Shown: positions 1-9,372 of the stretch, in pieces
How the letters are laid out: every line of letters begins with the position of its first letter
How positions within the stretch are numbered: position 1 is the stretch's first letter
IMG/VR virus record: IMGVR_UViG_3300033109_000098
Span: 1-31,559 of that record
Length of the DNA stretch: 31,559 bases
Strand: one strand, 5' to 3'
Origin: a virus
Taxonomy: Duplodnaviria; Caudoviricetes
Translations under genes and position numbers: made by a program
Notes under the pieces: generated by a model
What the model was told of the DNA's origin: nothing
The model's input: only the letters and a program-made list of their open reading frames with translations
Databases searched by the model: none

Positions 1-1650
1 TCACATATAGCAGACGGGCTGCAGGCTGTTGCGGGTGAGGTGGCCCGTTTTTGGCTGGAATGTGGTGTATTTCGGGACGACCGGATCCATGCCCGTGATG
101 GCGCGCGAGGCGGCGAAGCTCGAGGCCTGCGTCAGGCCATAGGTGCCGGTCCCCCCGCTGCCGGTCAGGAACTGATTGACGATCGAGTGGGCTCCCACGC
201 CCTCACCCACCACGATCATCCCGATGTAGACGGTGCCCGAGCTGATCGAGTTTACCGTGAGCGTGGCCCCAGAAATGCTGCCATTCATCTGGGTGAGGCT
301 GATCGGATGTGCCACGACGCCGGCATTGAATCCGCCGGCATAGAGCACGTTGCCGTAGTACTGGTTTGTTTGCACGCCGACATAATTGGGCGAATAGGGC
401 GACTCGCCCGAGCTGTCGAGCGTCAGCTGCCAGCATTTGAAAACCAGCCCGACCGACTTGTTCGAATAGATGATCGGCAGGATCTCGACATAGGCATTCT
501 GGCCTGCTCCGTAATAATTCACCGCCGACGCCAGGAAATAGCTCGACAGATACTGGGTCTGATTATCGCTGACCGTTCCGGGCTGGGGCTCGTTGTTGAT
601 GGCACGCGAAAAGCTTCCGCCCACGGCCAGACCGCCCTGGACCAGCAGATTGTTCATCTTGCCGGTATCGTTGTAGCCGTCGAAATCGGTCGTTCCCGTC
701 GTGCTGTTGAGTGGCCAGGTGCTGCTGATCGTCGAATGCGCCACCCCGTCGACAGAGAGTGAAATCACCCAGGTTTCCGGCCCGCCCGTGGCGTTCTGGT
801 TGTCATGGTCATAGTTCATCTGCACGGCCTTTACCGTGTCGGTCGAATCAAACCAGTACCAGATCGGCCAGCTTCCCCAGCGGTGATAGCCGCTGACGTT
901 GTAAAGCGCCGGCTGCACCGTCGCGTAATCCGCCAGCACCGTCACGGCGCCCAGGTAATTCCCAGCATTGTCGACACTCAGATCCACCCTCACGAAGCCG
1001 GCGACGCCGCTGCGATAGTCCATATTCAGCCGCTCGATGGCCAGGATCACCTGGTGCCCGTCCGAGCTGATGTCGACGACCTTGATCTGGGTCTGGTAAG
1101 GATAGGTATACGTTCCGGCAGCCGGAAGCCATGAACCGGGCAGATCCTGGTTGATCGTGATCGTATGGGTGATCGGCGTCGCCGTTGCCGAAATGAAGCC
1201 GACCTGCGTCAGGTCGAGCTGCAGATGGAAGGTCAGCACGCCGCTGGACTGGTGGCTGGCGTAGCTGGTCGCGCCGCTGAATTCGACTTTGTATTTCTCG
1301 GCCACCGACAGCGCCCACACCCAGGCCTGGTAGGCGGTCAGATCCTGCCCGTAGAACTGCCGCGTCAGGCCGCTGAAAATCGCGTAATCGAGCCAGGTGC
1401 GGCCCAGCGTGGCATCGTTGGCCAGCTCGGCCGTGGTACGGCTCAGCGGCGGATTGCCGGGCACGTCAAGGCACCATACGTCACCATTGCCGGGCTGCGT
1501 CACGGTCAGGGTGGTGCTGTTCGGCAGGGCCAGCGAGCCGGCCGTGGCCAGCCCGTGATAGGGCGCGCCGAAGGCGTTCAATTCGAGATCGAACGGTACG
1601 CCGATATCGCCCTGCAGCCCGACCTGGAAGGTCTCAGGGCTTGTCGGCAA
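1..1650 (-). CDS. Putative tail tip / receptor-binding structural protein (549 aa; TTG start uncertain)
   Basis: Last gene of the tail module, with Thr/Ser/Gly/Tyr-rich beta-type composition. Contains a GSISGATLTV...GTGTY module typical of phage fibre proteins. Overlaps the upstream gene; stop TGA at 1-3. Confidence 0.6.
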   Translation of the reverse strand: MPTSPETFQVGLQGDIGVPFDLELNAFGAPYHGLATAGSLALPNSTTLTVTQPGNGDVWCLDVPGNPPLSRTTAELANDATLGRTWLDYAIFSGLTRQFYGQDLTAYQAWVWALSVAEKYKVEFSGATSYASHQSSGVLTFHLQLDLTQVGFISATATPITHTITINQDLPGSWLPAAGTYTYPYQTQIKVVDISSDGHQVILAIERLNMDYRSGVAGFVRVDLSVDNAGNYLGAVTVLADYATVQPALYNVSGYHRWGSWPIWYWFDSTDTVKAVQMNYDHDNQNATGGPETWVISLSVDGVAHSTISSTWPLNSTTGTTDFDGYNDTGKMNNLLVQGGLAVGGSFSRAINNEPQPGTVSDNQTQYLSSYFLASAVNYYGAGQNAYVEILPIIYSNKSVGLVFKCWQLTLDSSGESPYSPNYVGVQTNQYYGNVLYAGGFNAGVVAHPISLTQMNGSISGATLTVNSISSGTVYIGMIVVGEGVGAHSIVNQFLTGSGGTGTYGLTQASSFAASRAITGMDPVVPKYTTFQPKTGHLTRNSLQPVCYM

Positions 1651-1936
1651 AGTCGATCTCCAGGAAACGGTTGTCGGCGTCGTTGAACTTCATTTTCTTG
1701 ATGCGCTTCAGCTCCATGACGAAGAGTCCGTCGGTCGAGGTCAGTGTAAAGGTCGCGTAGTACTCACGATCAGCGTATTTGGTCTCGGTCAGCGGGCTGC
1801 TGATGCCGGTGCCCTTGGCGCTCTTGCCGAGCCCGACCTGGGACAGCACCGGATCGGGGATCGCCGACGGATTGAGTGGATCCCGGGACGCCGGCGCCTT
1901 GGCCAGCCGCTGAATGTTGTCGCGCGTGTCGGTCAT
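1634..1936 (-). CDS. Small tail-associated protein (100 aa)
   Basis: ATGA-coupled to the upstream 1045-aa gene. GISSPLTE...REYY...STDGLF motif resembles small tail genes in proteobacterial siphophage tail modules. Confidence 0.65.
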   Translation of the reverse strand: MTDTRDNIQRLAKAPASRDPLNPSAIPDPVLSQVGLGKSAKGTGISSPLTETKYADREYYATFTLTSTDGLFVMELKRIKKMKFNDADNRFLEIDFADKP

Positions 1937-4900
1937 GTCTCGATCACCGTGTTCGTCACCAGCGACAGATCGGTATAGACGCCCGCAACGGCCGCCGCGT
2001 CATCGATGCGCGCCCAGAAGGTCACCGCATTGGCCACCCCGCTCAGGATCGTCGTCGCCAGCGCCAAACTGGCGCCCGCGGTGGCGGCAGTCAATCCCGC
2101 CTGACTGGTGGCCAGTTTGATCGCCGTCGCCGGCTCGCCGCTGGCCGGCGCCGAGTCGGACGGCGATACCGCGATCTCATCCACCCCCGGGTTGCTCGAG
2201 GCCTGGATCTTGGTTCGCGTGTCGGTCGGCAGGTCGAGCTGGTAGGCCTGCGCATGATTCACCGTCGCCGGGTTGCGGAAATTCTCGGCCACGCCCGGCA
2301 TCTGGACGCGGAAGCCGTTTACCTTCTGCGCATAGCCAGCGGCCGCGTTGTAGGCAGGGTTGGCCACCGACGTGCTGTCGGTGCCATTGGTGACCGAATA
2401 GGAGGCCGTCGCGCCGACCAGGAAGCCCATCTGCGTGTAGTCGTAGACGTAGTTCGTCACGTTGCCGATATGGGTCAGCAGGTTCGGCAGATCGGTCGAC
2501 CAGGAATCGGTTCCGACATCGAGTGCGGGCTGCGCCGGCGGCGTCAGCGCATCGGGCGTAAGGATCCCGCCGGCGGCAATGCCGGACAGCGCCAATGTGA
2601 TGGTGCTGATCGCCGAACCGGCATCGATGTCGAGCTTGCCCTGGACGCGCGAGATCTTTCCAGACGCCTGCAACGCCGCGGTATTGAGCGTAGCCGCCAT
2701 CGTGAGGTCGGCCTCTGGCAGGCAGGGTACCGAGAACGTCACGGCGGCCTTGCGGTGGCTGGCGTAAATCATCGACTTGGCCATGTCGAGCAGGTTCTGG
2801 ATCGCCGCATCCGACACGGCGCGCGTCATCGTGCCGGCATAGTCGATCTCGCCCGGCGCGTTGAGCGGCACGGTCACGGTGAAATCGGCCTCCCACTGAT
2901 TGGGCGTCCAGTCCGATTGCAACGCTCCGCGCAGGGGCTTTGCCAGAGCACCGTTGGCTGCGATGCTGGTGGGCGCGGTCACAGTCAGGGCATAGCTTTC
3001 GGTCACCGCCTGCGCGTGGCGCTGCGCCAGAGAGGCGGTGAAGTTGGCCACTCCGCTGGTCACCACGTAATAGCCCGATGGGCTGGCCACCGCAATGTGT
3101 GCCGGCGGGCTGCCGAACGATTGATACAGCACTTTCCAGCCGCTTCCGGCCAGCGCCGACTCGATCTCATCCTGACTCGGATACTGGTAGCTCGACTGCC
3201 ATGCCTCGGCCGTGTAGGCCGACTTGCTCCAGCCGATCGATGCCTGGCGCTGCCGGCAGCGGTAGTATCGGTATTCGAAGGCGATGTCGACCTGGTTCAC
3301 GATCTGGTTGCGCTTGGGCAGGTCGATCGAGGGGCTGGCGTCGAGCACGTCTGCCTCGGTGAAGGTGCGCCACACCGCCAGGCCATTCCATTCCGTGACG
3401 CGTGGACCCGACATCGGACCGCTGTCGAGCGAGGCCGTGCGCGAGGACATGCGGGCCTGTGCATAGGCCCAGCGCTCGCCGATCGCGCCCGACACCGCCT
3501 CCGAATAGGTGCCACCGCACAAGGCATCGATGCTGGCCACCGGCAGGGCCGCCACGCGGTTCTGAAGATCCGAGGTGCAGGTAAATCCGACCGTGCGCTT
3601 GACCGGGTCGAAGGTGGCCACGTCGACCACGCCGGTGAACACCCGGGTATGCATCGACAAGGCGCCCACCAGGCGCACCACGTCGATCGACACCTCTTGC
3701 CCGGTCCAGGTGGTCGGGCTCACCGATCCGGCCGCCGGCCGCAGCGTGAAATCGGCGACGCGTGAGGCGCCCTCCTCCGCATCCCAGCTGATGGTGCCGG
3801 TCAGATTCGCCGACACGTCGACACCGCCCAGCATGACCTGCGCCGTCCAGGTGGTCGTCTCGAGCGTGTTGAGCACATTGATCGACACCGGCGCGCTGAT
3901 GCTGCCCGTATCGGCCACGCTGACGGCGATCGGCGCGCTAATGCTGCCGCTCGGGTTGGATACAGTGACGGTGATCGGCGCGGATACCGCCTCGGCGATG
4001 ACGCTGTAGACCAGCTGCGCGGTATCGTTTGATACCTCCAGTGTCTTGATGCCCGCCGGAAGCGTGATACTCCAGGTCGTCTCGAGGTTCTGCACCGTGA
4101 GCGACGAAATATTGCCATTGCCGAACGAAACCGGCGTGTTTCCGCAGACATAGATCGAGCCGTTGATCTTTTGCAGGATGACGGCCGTTTCAGGCGCATG
4201 CACGGCGGACCAGTCGGTATCCGTGCCGATCTGGATCAAGGTTGCGGATGATGCCGTATTGCCCTGCCCCAGCTGGTATGATCCGCCGTCGCCAGCGGCC
4301 CATACCGTTCCGGTCGTCTTGAGCGCATAGCTATTGAAAGAACTCGCCGCAACTTTCGACCAGTTCGTGTCCGTCCCGACCTGTCGCGGCGAAGTCGAGG
4401 TCGTCGAGGATCCATCACCCTGCTGGCCATAGGTATTGCCACCCCAGCCATAGAGCGTACCATTGGCCAGCACCGCCATCGTGTGCGACAGCGATAGCGA
4501 CAGATCGGAGACGACCGCTGGCAGCGTGATCGCCTGCGGCGTCAGATAATGGGTGGTCGTCGTCCCGAGACCGAGCAGGCCATTCGTGCCGTTGAATCCC
4601 CAGCCATACAGCACATTCGAGGTATCGAGCGCGAACGCGCGCACCGCGCTGTCGTCGCAATACAGCTTGGAAAAGCTGTGGACAAAGGCGATCTGCGTCA
4701 GCGTCGTGATCGGGCTGGTCGTGTTGTTCTGCGCGCACTGCCCATGATTGTTGAGGCCGCACGCATAGATATTGCCATTGGTCTTGAGCGCGATCGTGAA
4801 ACCGTTGCCGACCGCTACGTCGGCCCAATCGGTATCGATTCCAATCTGCGTCCAGGCCGAATAGCTCGCATTCGGAAGGCCCAGCTGTTTGGAGCTGTTG

Positions 4901-5070
4901 TCGCCCACGCCCCAAAGTGTACCGTCCGCCATGATACCTACCGCGAACCCCTGCCCAATCTTGATTTTCAGCCAGGTTCCCGGGATCTGCGCATAGGTGT
5001 AATGCGCGACGGAATCCCCCAGCCCGAATTCCCCGTTGGTGTTCGCCCCGGTTGCGTAGATCGTCGCCAT
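1933..5070 (-). CDS. Tail tip/hub protein with N-terminal RCC1/BLIP-II-like beta-propeller (1045 aa)
   Basis: First ~350 aa are ~50-aa repeats (W..I..G..F...I..DGTLW..G.N..GQLG). The central region (LGGVDVSANLTG...RVFTGVVD) resembles siphophage hub proteins. Lies downstream of the tape measure and distal tail genes. Confidence 0.75.
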   Translation of the reverse strand: MATIYATGANTNGEFGLGDSVAHYTYAQIPGTWLKIKIGQGFAVGIMADGTLWGVGDNSSKQLGLPNASYSAWTQIGIDTDWADVAVGNGFTIALKTNGNIYACGLNNHGQCAQNNTTSPITTLTQIAFVHSFSKLYCDDSAVRAFALDTSNVLYGWGFNGTNGLLGLGTTTTHYLTPQAITLPAVVSDLSLSLSHTMAVLANGTLYGWGGNTYGQQGDGSSTTSTSPRQVGTDTNWSKVAASSFNSYALKTTGTVWAAGDGGSYQLGQGNTASSATLIQIGTDTDWSAVHAPETAVILQKINGSIYVCGNTPVSFGNGNISSLTVQNLETTWSITLPAGIKTLEVSNDTAQLVYSVIAEAVSAPITVTVSNPSGSISAPIAVSVADTGSISAPVSINVLNTLETTTWTAQVMLGGVDVSANLTGTISWDAEEGASRVADFTLRPAAGSVSPTTWTGQEVSIDVVRLVGALSMHTRVFTGVVDVATFDPVKRTVGFTCTSDLQNRVAALPVASIDALCGGTYSEAVSGAIGERWAYAQARMSSRTASLDSGPMSGPRVTEWNGLAVWRTFTEADVLDASPSIDLPKRNQIVNQVDIAFEYRYYRCRQRQASIGWSKSAYTAEAWQSSYQYPSQDEIESALAGSGWKVLYQSFGSPPAHIAVASPSGYYVVTSGVANFTASLAQRHAQAVTESYALTVTAPTSIAANGALAKPLRGALQSDWTPNQWEADFTVTVPLNAPGEIDYAGTMTRAVSDAAIQNLLDMAKSMIYASHRKAAVTFSVPCLPEADLTMAATLNTAALQASGKISRVQGKLDIDAGSAISTITLALSGIAAGGILTPDALTPPAQPALDVGTDSWSTDLPNLLTHIGNVTNYVYDYTQMGFLVGATASYSVTNGTDSTSVANPAYNAAAGYAQKVNGFRVQMPGVAENFRNPATVNHAQAYQLDLPTDTRTKIQASSNPGVDEIAVSPSDSAPASGEPATAIKLATSQAGLTAATAGASLALATTILSGVANAVTFWARIDDAAAVAGVYTDLSLVTNTVIET

Positions 5071-5588
5071 CAGACCTCCTGGGCGTCGAGTGACCAGCCA
5101 TAACTGCCAGTCTCGAGGTCGAGATCTTCAACCGGCCCGCGGCTGATGCAGGACAGTTTCGGGTAATAGTGGAACTGATAGCCCGTCGCGCCCGTGACGG
5201 CCGTTGCCGTTGCCACGTCGCCGGCCAGGCTGACCGGCGTCTCGACCAGCCGGCTGGCCACGATCGCGCGCGCGAAGACGTTGTCAGTCAGATCGCTGCG
5301 GCGTGCCGTCGGAAGCGTGGCGCTATTGGTCGCCGAGGCGATCGCGCGCGGCTGCACACAGTCGATCTGGACGGCCGCGCTCCAGTCGACCCCGGCCAGC
5401 GCCACCGGCGCCCAGCCTTTGCCGCTGATCTTCGTGGCCAGTCTGCTCCAGTTCGTCTGCTCCAGTCCCGCGCCGTTCATTTTCCGCAGCAACGATGAAC
5501 CGCCGTCGACGCGGCTGTAACCCTGGCTAACTGGGTAGACCTCGAGCGGGATCTCGATGCCGGCGATCTTGAGGGTGGGCAGACTCAT
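5070..5588 (-). CDS. Distal tail (Dit-like) protein (172 aa)
   Basis: Immediately follows the tape measure gene with TGATG coupling. Size and SISGKGW...YGWSLDAQEV ending fit minor tail proteins in this position. Confidence 0.6.
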   Translation of the reverse strand: MSLPTLKIAGIEIPLEVYPVSQGYSRVDGGSSLLRKMNGAGLEQTNWSRLATKISGKGWAPVALAGVDWSAAVQIDCVQPRAIASATNSATLPTARRSDLTDNVFARAIVASRLVETPVSLAGDVATATAVTGATGYQFHYYPKLSCISRGPVEDLDLETGSYGWSLDAQEV

Positions 5589-7258
5589 CAGCGGCTCCCG
5601 AACTTGAGCGCGGCCTTGTTCAGGGCATCAGGGGTGCCTTCCGCGTTGGATACATTCACGCTGACCGGCGTGTTTTGCAGGAATTCGATCAGGCTTTTGA
5701 TTTCGCGCATTTTCGCGAGGGTTGCATCGAGCTGCGCGCCGGGCTTGATGTCGACCGAAACCTCCTTGCCGAGCCCTTCCAGCGCGGCTTTCATATGATC
5801 GATGCCGGCCGCGGTGTCCGCCTGGATCTTCGACAGATCCTGATAGCGCAGTTTTTCCTCTGCGGCGGCCTTTTCCAGTGCAGCCGCCTCGGCGAGTTTG
5901 GCCTGCTTGATCAGATCATTCTTGAGTGCCTGGTCATCGAGCTGCCCAGCCAGTTGCTGCAGCGCGGCGGATTGGTCCTGCACGCTCTGCAGGCTTGCAG
6001 TTCCCGCCTCGCGCTGCAGCTGCATCGCCTTGGTGATGGCATCGAAGTTCGCGGAAGCCTGACTCTGCACGTCACCGGGCACTGGCGTGGTGCCATTGGC
6101 TTCATCGCGCAGTTTTTTAGCCTGGCGCAGGTAATCCTCCTCGGCCCGAATCGATCCTTCGAAGGCGCTCTGCAGTGCGGAATTCAGGCGCTGCGCATCG
6201 GCGATCTGCTCATTGGTGGATTTCCTGAAGGCATCTTGCTCCGCCTTGCGATTCTTGCCAATTTCATCGGAGGTATCCTTGCTGTCCTTTCGGCGATCGG
6301 CATTGACCTGTTTTTCCCGCGCGGCCTGCTCCTCGAGGGCGGCGATCTCGGTCCGCAGCCGAGCGGCGGCATTCGAGTCGGTGAAAAATCCGGTCGTGGC
6401 ACGGGCGAGCTGGGCCTTTTTCTCCGCGATCTGCTGATCTAGCGCCTTGAACTGGTCAGTGAACAATGCCGCGCCAAAGCCGCCCAGGCCGACCCAGGCC
6501 GCCTTCAGAATCCCGCCATCCTTGGCGGCCGTCGTCATTGCTTCGGTGATCTGTGTCAGGCCCGGCAGGATATCCTGCGCGAGCGAGACGCCGAGCCCTT
6601 TGCCCGCTGTTTTCAGCTTGTCGAGATTGTCGTTGAAGGTCTCGGCAGCCTTGGCGGCCTCGGTGCTGAACACGACGCCGAGCTTGGCCGCCTCGTCGGT
6701 CAGTTCGCGGATCCCGGCGCTGCCTCCGTTCAGCATCGGGATCATCTCGGCGCCTGACTTGCCGAATAGTTGCTGTGCGAGTGCGGCCTTGTTGATGCCG
6801 TCCGGCATGGCGGCGAAGCGGTCGGCGATGACCACCAGGAGGTCGGCCGGATCCTTGAACTGCTTGGGGTCGATCTTGAGCCGCTGGAATGGATCGAGTG
6901 CGGTCTGCAGTCCTGATTTTGCATCGTCTGCCGTGCGGGCCAGCTTGAGCAGGCTCTTTTCCAGCGTCTCGACCGGAATGTCGGACTGACTGGCCGCATA
7001 GGTCAGCGCGCTGAAATTCTCGACGCTGGTGCCGATCTTCTGCGCCGACTTGCTGGCCGAGTCCATCGCGTCGACCGCCGACTTGATCGTGGCGATGAAT
7101 CCTGCCGCGCTCAACCCCACCCCAAACAGCAGGCCGAAATTGTCCCGTAGCTCGACGCCCTTGCTCTTCAGCTTGTCGAAGCCGGTCAATACCGAGGCGA
7201 ATGCCGCCTTGGTCTTATCGACCGCAGTCAGGATGATGGAGGCAATGGGATTGGCCAT
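5588..7258 (-). CDS. Tail tape measure protein (556 aa)
   Basis: N-terminal IILTAVDKT motif, AQQLFGKSGAEMIPML motif, Ala/Gln/Lys-rich helical composition, and position before the tail tip genes. Confidence 0.9.
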   Translation of the reverse strand: MANPIASIILTAVDKTKAAFASVLTGFDKLKSKGVELRDNFGLLFGVGLSAAGFIATIKSAVDAMDSASKSAQKIGTSVENFSALTYAASQSDIPVETLEKSLLKLARTADDAKSGLQTALDPFQRLKIDPKQFKDPADLLVVIADRFAAMPDGINKAALAQQLFGKSGAEMIPMLNGGSAGIRELTDEAAKLGVVFSTEAAKAAETFNDNLDKLKTAGKGLGVSLAQDILPGLTQITEAMTTAAKDGGILKAAWVGLGGFGAALFTDQFKALDQQIAEKKAQLARATTGFFTDSNAAARLRTEIAALEEQAAREKQVNADRRKDSKDTSDEIGKNRKAEQDAFRKSTNEQIADAQRLNSALQSAFEGSIRAEEDYLRQAKKLRDEANGTTPVPGDVQSQASANFDAITKAMQLQREAGTASLQSVQDQSAALQQLAGQLDDQALKNDLIKQAKLAEAAALEKAAAEEKLRYQDLSKIQADTAAGIDHMKAALEGLGKEVSVDIKPGAQLDATLAKMREIKSLIEFLQNTPVSVNVSNAEGTPDALNKAALKFGSR

Positions 7259-7261
7259 GGC

Positions 7262-7672
7262 TCAGTCCGAGTTGAATGCCTTCACGGCCGCGAAGTAGTT
7301 CTCGACCAGGTCGCTCGGGTAGCCGGCATCGGCGAGCGCTTCGCGGAACACGGCATGCGCGGTCTCGGCCGGAACGGGCGTGGTGCCGTCCGGCCGCTTG
7401 CGACGCAGGTAGTCATGCAGCACGCCCTGCTTGAACCCGTGAAACACGCCATGGCCGAAGTAGCGCATCAGCAGCTCGGGGCCGACGACCGGGATCGCGG
7501 CGATCGCCACCGGTACCGATGCACCATCGGTGCGGAAGTACTTCGGCACGGTGTAGGTCTGGCCGGTGAGCGGGCTGAAATACTCGAGCGGCTGCAGTGT
7601 CAGGAAGGGGAACTCGCTGCGGTCGTCGAAGAAGCGCAGGTCGAGCTCATTGGCATCGTCGGTGAAGGGCAT
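7262..7672 (-). CDS. DUF1353-like phage protein (136 aa)
   Basis: VPKYFRTDGASVP ... VLHDYL motifs characteristic of DUF1353. Confidence 0.8.
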   Translation of the reverse strand: MPFTDDANELDLRFFDDRSEFPFLTLQPLEYFSPLTGQTYTVPKYFRTDGASVPVAIAAIPVVGPELLMRYFGHGVFHGFKQGVLHDYLRRKRPDGTTPVPAETAHAVFREALADAGYPSDLVENYFAAVKAFNSD

Positions 7673-8235
7673 TATTTGCGCCCTAGGATCGCGTCGGTCT
7701 TGCGTGCGCTACCGTCGCTCGACCCCATCCAGTAATCGCGCACGCCTCCCCAGGCCGGCAGCATCATCAGCGTGACGATCGCGCCCTTGAGCTCGGCATT
7801 GAGGTCCGACCAATGGATCGATACGAACACGCCGACGAAGGCCACGAAGACGATCGACAGGAAATGCACGAAGCGCATCCGCATCCAGCCGAATTCGAGG
7901 AACATCGGTTCGCCCGTGTTGTAGACGCGCGCGGCGGCGATGTTTTTCTGCTCCTGGTCGTTGACGCGGTCGAGAATGTCCATGATGTCGGCACGGCTCA
8001 TGCGGATGGCGTCATTGGCGGCCTGCGCCGCAGCCGGGTCGGTCTGCACCTTGGTGATGGCGTCCTGGGCATTGGCAGCCGAAGTGGAGTCGATCAGGAT
8101 CTGGCCGACCTTCTGCACGGCCTCGACGTTGCGGGCGGCGACGTCGGGCTTCTTGAAGATGCTGGCGATCTCGGGGATGGCGTTCCACAGCGCCGGGATG
8201 GCGGTGGTGAGAATCGAGGTGGAGAGCGAATCCAT
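7672..8235 (-). CDS. Nested in-frame holin-like membrane protein (187 aa) from an internal start
   Basis: Strong SD AAGGAGG 8 nt before ATG 8235 (MDSLSTSIL...). Hydrophobic segments and a C-terminal YWMGSS motif resemble GTA-type 3TM holins. Confidence 0.6.
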   Translation of the reverse strand: MDSLSTSILTTAIPALWNAIPEIASIFKKPDVAARNVEAVQKVGQILIDSTSAANAQDAITKVQTDPAAAQAANDAIRMSRADIMDILDRVNDQEQKNIAAARVYNTGEPMFLEFGWMRMRFVHFLSIVFVAFVGVFVSIHWSDLNAELKGAIVTLMMLPAWGGVRDYWMGSSDGSARKTDAILGRK

Positions 8236-8805
8236 GGGTGGTTCCTCCTTGGGTTGGGCCGGCGATGCCTGGCCGGGGGCAGGCCGCGCGACTTCGGCGG
8301 CGTTTTCTGGGCGGGAACCGTTTTCCAGCGCGACCTGCACGCGGTGGGCGGCTTCGGCCTTGGTGATACGGCCGTCGCTGTCGGCATCGAGCGCGGCGTT
8401 CTGGCGGTAGGCCGCGCCATTGCTGAACAGCGCGGCGTCGTCCGGCTTGCCGATGGCGCTGGGCAGCAGGATGGCCATGTACATGTCGGGCAGGCTGGCG
8501 ATGCGATGGGCATAGGGGCGGAAGTAGCGCTCGACCCAATCCAACTGCTCGACGGCGCTCATTTGCGCCAGCGCGCGCGACGAGGTGCCGAGGCCTGCAG
8601 CGGTGGCGGGCATGAACTGGATCAGCCCGATGGCGCCCGATCCGGCCGCATTTACGGTGGTGGGCGAGAAGGTGCCGCCGCTCTCGAAATGCATGCAGGC
8701 CATGAGCCCGGACGCCAGATCGTCCGACCAGCCGAAGCCGTCAGCGATCGCCAGCACGCGCTGGCGGAAGGATTCGGATACGCGGGCACCCCAGGCGAGC
8801 TTCAT
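7672..8805 (-). CDS. Lytic transglycosylase-type endolysin continuous in frame with a C-terminal membrane (holin-like) domain
   Basis: Catalytic ES motif (MHFESG) plus GLIQFMP of lysozyme-like/SLT enzymes. ATG at 8805 follows the upstream stop at 8807-8809. C-terminal hydrophobic helices. Confidence 0.8.
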   Translation of the reverse strand: MKLAWGARVSESFRQRVLAIADGFGWSDDLASGLMACMHFESGGTFSPTTVNAAGSGAIGLIQFMPATAAGLGTSSRALAQMSAVEQLDWVERYFRPYAHRIASLPDMYMAILLPSAIGKPDDAALFSNGAAYRQNAALDADSDGRITKAEAAHRVQVALENGSRPENAAEVARPAPGQASPAQPKEEPPMDSLSTSILTTAIPALWNAIPEIASIFKKPDVAARNVEAVQKVGQILIDSTSAANAQDAITKVQTDPAAAQAANDAIRMSRADIMDILDRVNDQEQKNIAAARVYNTGEPMFLEFGWMRMRFVHFLSIVFVAFVGVFVSIHWSDLNAELKGAIVTLMMLPAWGGVRDYWMGSSDGSARKTDAILGRK

Positions 8806-8806
8806 G

Positions 8807-9016
8807 TCAGTAAATGACCTGCGTTGCTTCAATTTCCACGATAAATCCCTCTTTCTCGCCGGCCGCCCGGATCAGTTCCACGGCTTCCTTGATGAGTCCA
8901 CGACCGATCTCGCAGGCTGCATCGGTGTGACCGAGGCGGCCATCCTGAGGCGGCGTCATTCGCACGGAGATCTGTTGCGAAATGATCCTGCCCTCGGCGG
9001 CCTCGGCCAGGTTCAT
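8807..9016 (-). CDS. Hypothetical protein (69 aa)
   Basis: ATGA overlap with the upstream gene and abuts the lysin start. Confidence 0.6.
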   Translation of the reverse strand: MNLAEAAEGRIISQQISVRMTPPQDGRLGHTDAACEIGRGLIKEAVELIRAAGEKEGFIVEIEATQVIY

Positions 9017-9342
9017 TTCAACTGCCTGGCCCTCAGTTCCATGATCTGGGCCGTGAGCCTCGCCTCGCTGCGTTCGAGCTGGTGCTGCAGCGCCTCGTTG
9101 CTGGCCGAAACCTGAATCTGCAGCGCCTGGATCTCGGCTTCGTGCTTGGCATCGATGGCGGTATTGACGCCGTATGCCGAGCCGCCTCCGGCAATGACGG
9201 CGACGAAGGCCTGCTCGATCAGGCGCGTGGTCATGGGCCGGTTTTCGGGCACGGCCTGGCGCGCGAACAGCGCGGCGAACGGCACCCAGTGGTGGAAGTT
9301 TTCGAGAAAGTCCCGGGTGTTGCCGTAGTCGTCGCCCGTCAT
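9013..9342 (-). CDS. Small membrane/coiled-coil protein, possible holin/antiholin (109 aa)
   Basis: SD AAGGGGG before ATG. One hydrophobic stretch (AFVAVIAGGG) then a coiled-coil. Upstream of the lysin. Confidence 0.5.
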   Translation of the reverse strand: MTGDDYGNTRDFLENFHHWVPFAALFARQAVPENRPMTTRLIEQAFVAVIAGGGSAYGVNTAIDAKHEAEIQALQIQVSASNEALQHQLERSEARLTAQIMELRARQLK

Positions 9343-9372
9343 GTCTGCCCCCTTTCGCGCGGATCAGACCGA

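Noticed and set aside
1-5070. Diversity-generating retroelement or invertible tail cassette
   Set aside because: No reverse transcriptase, invertase or ~100-bp TR/VR repeat pair seen in the window.
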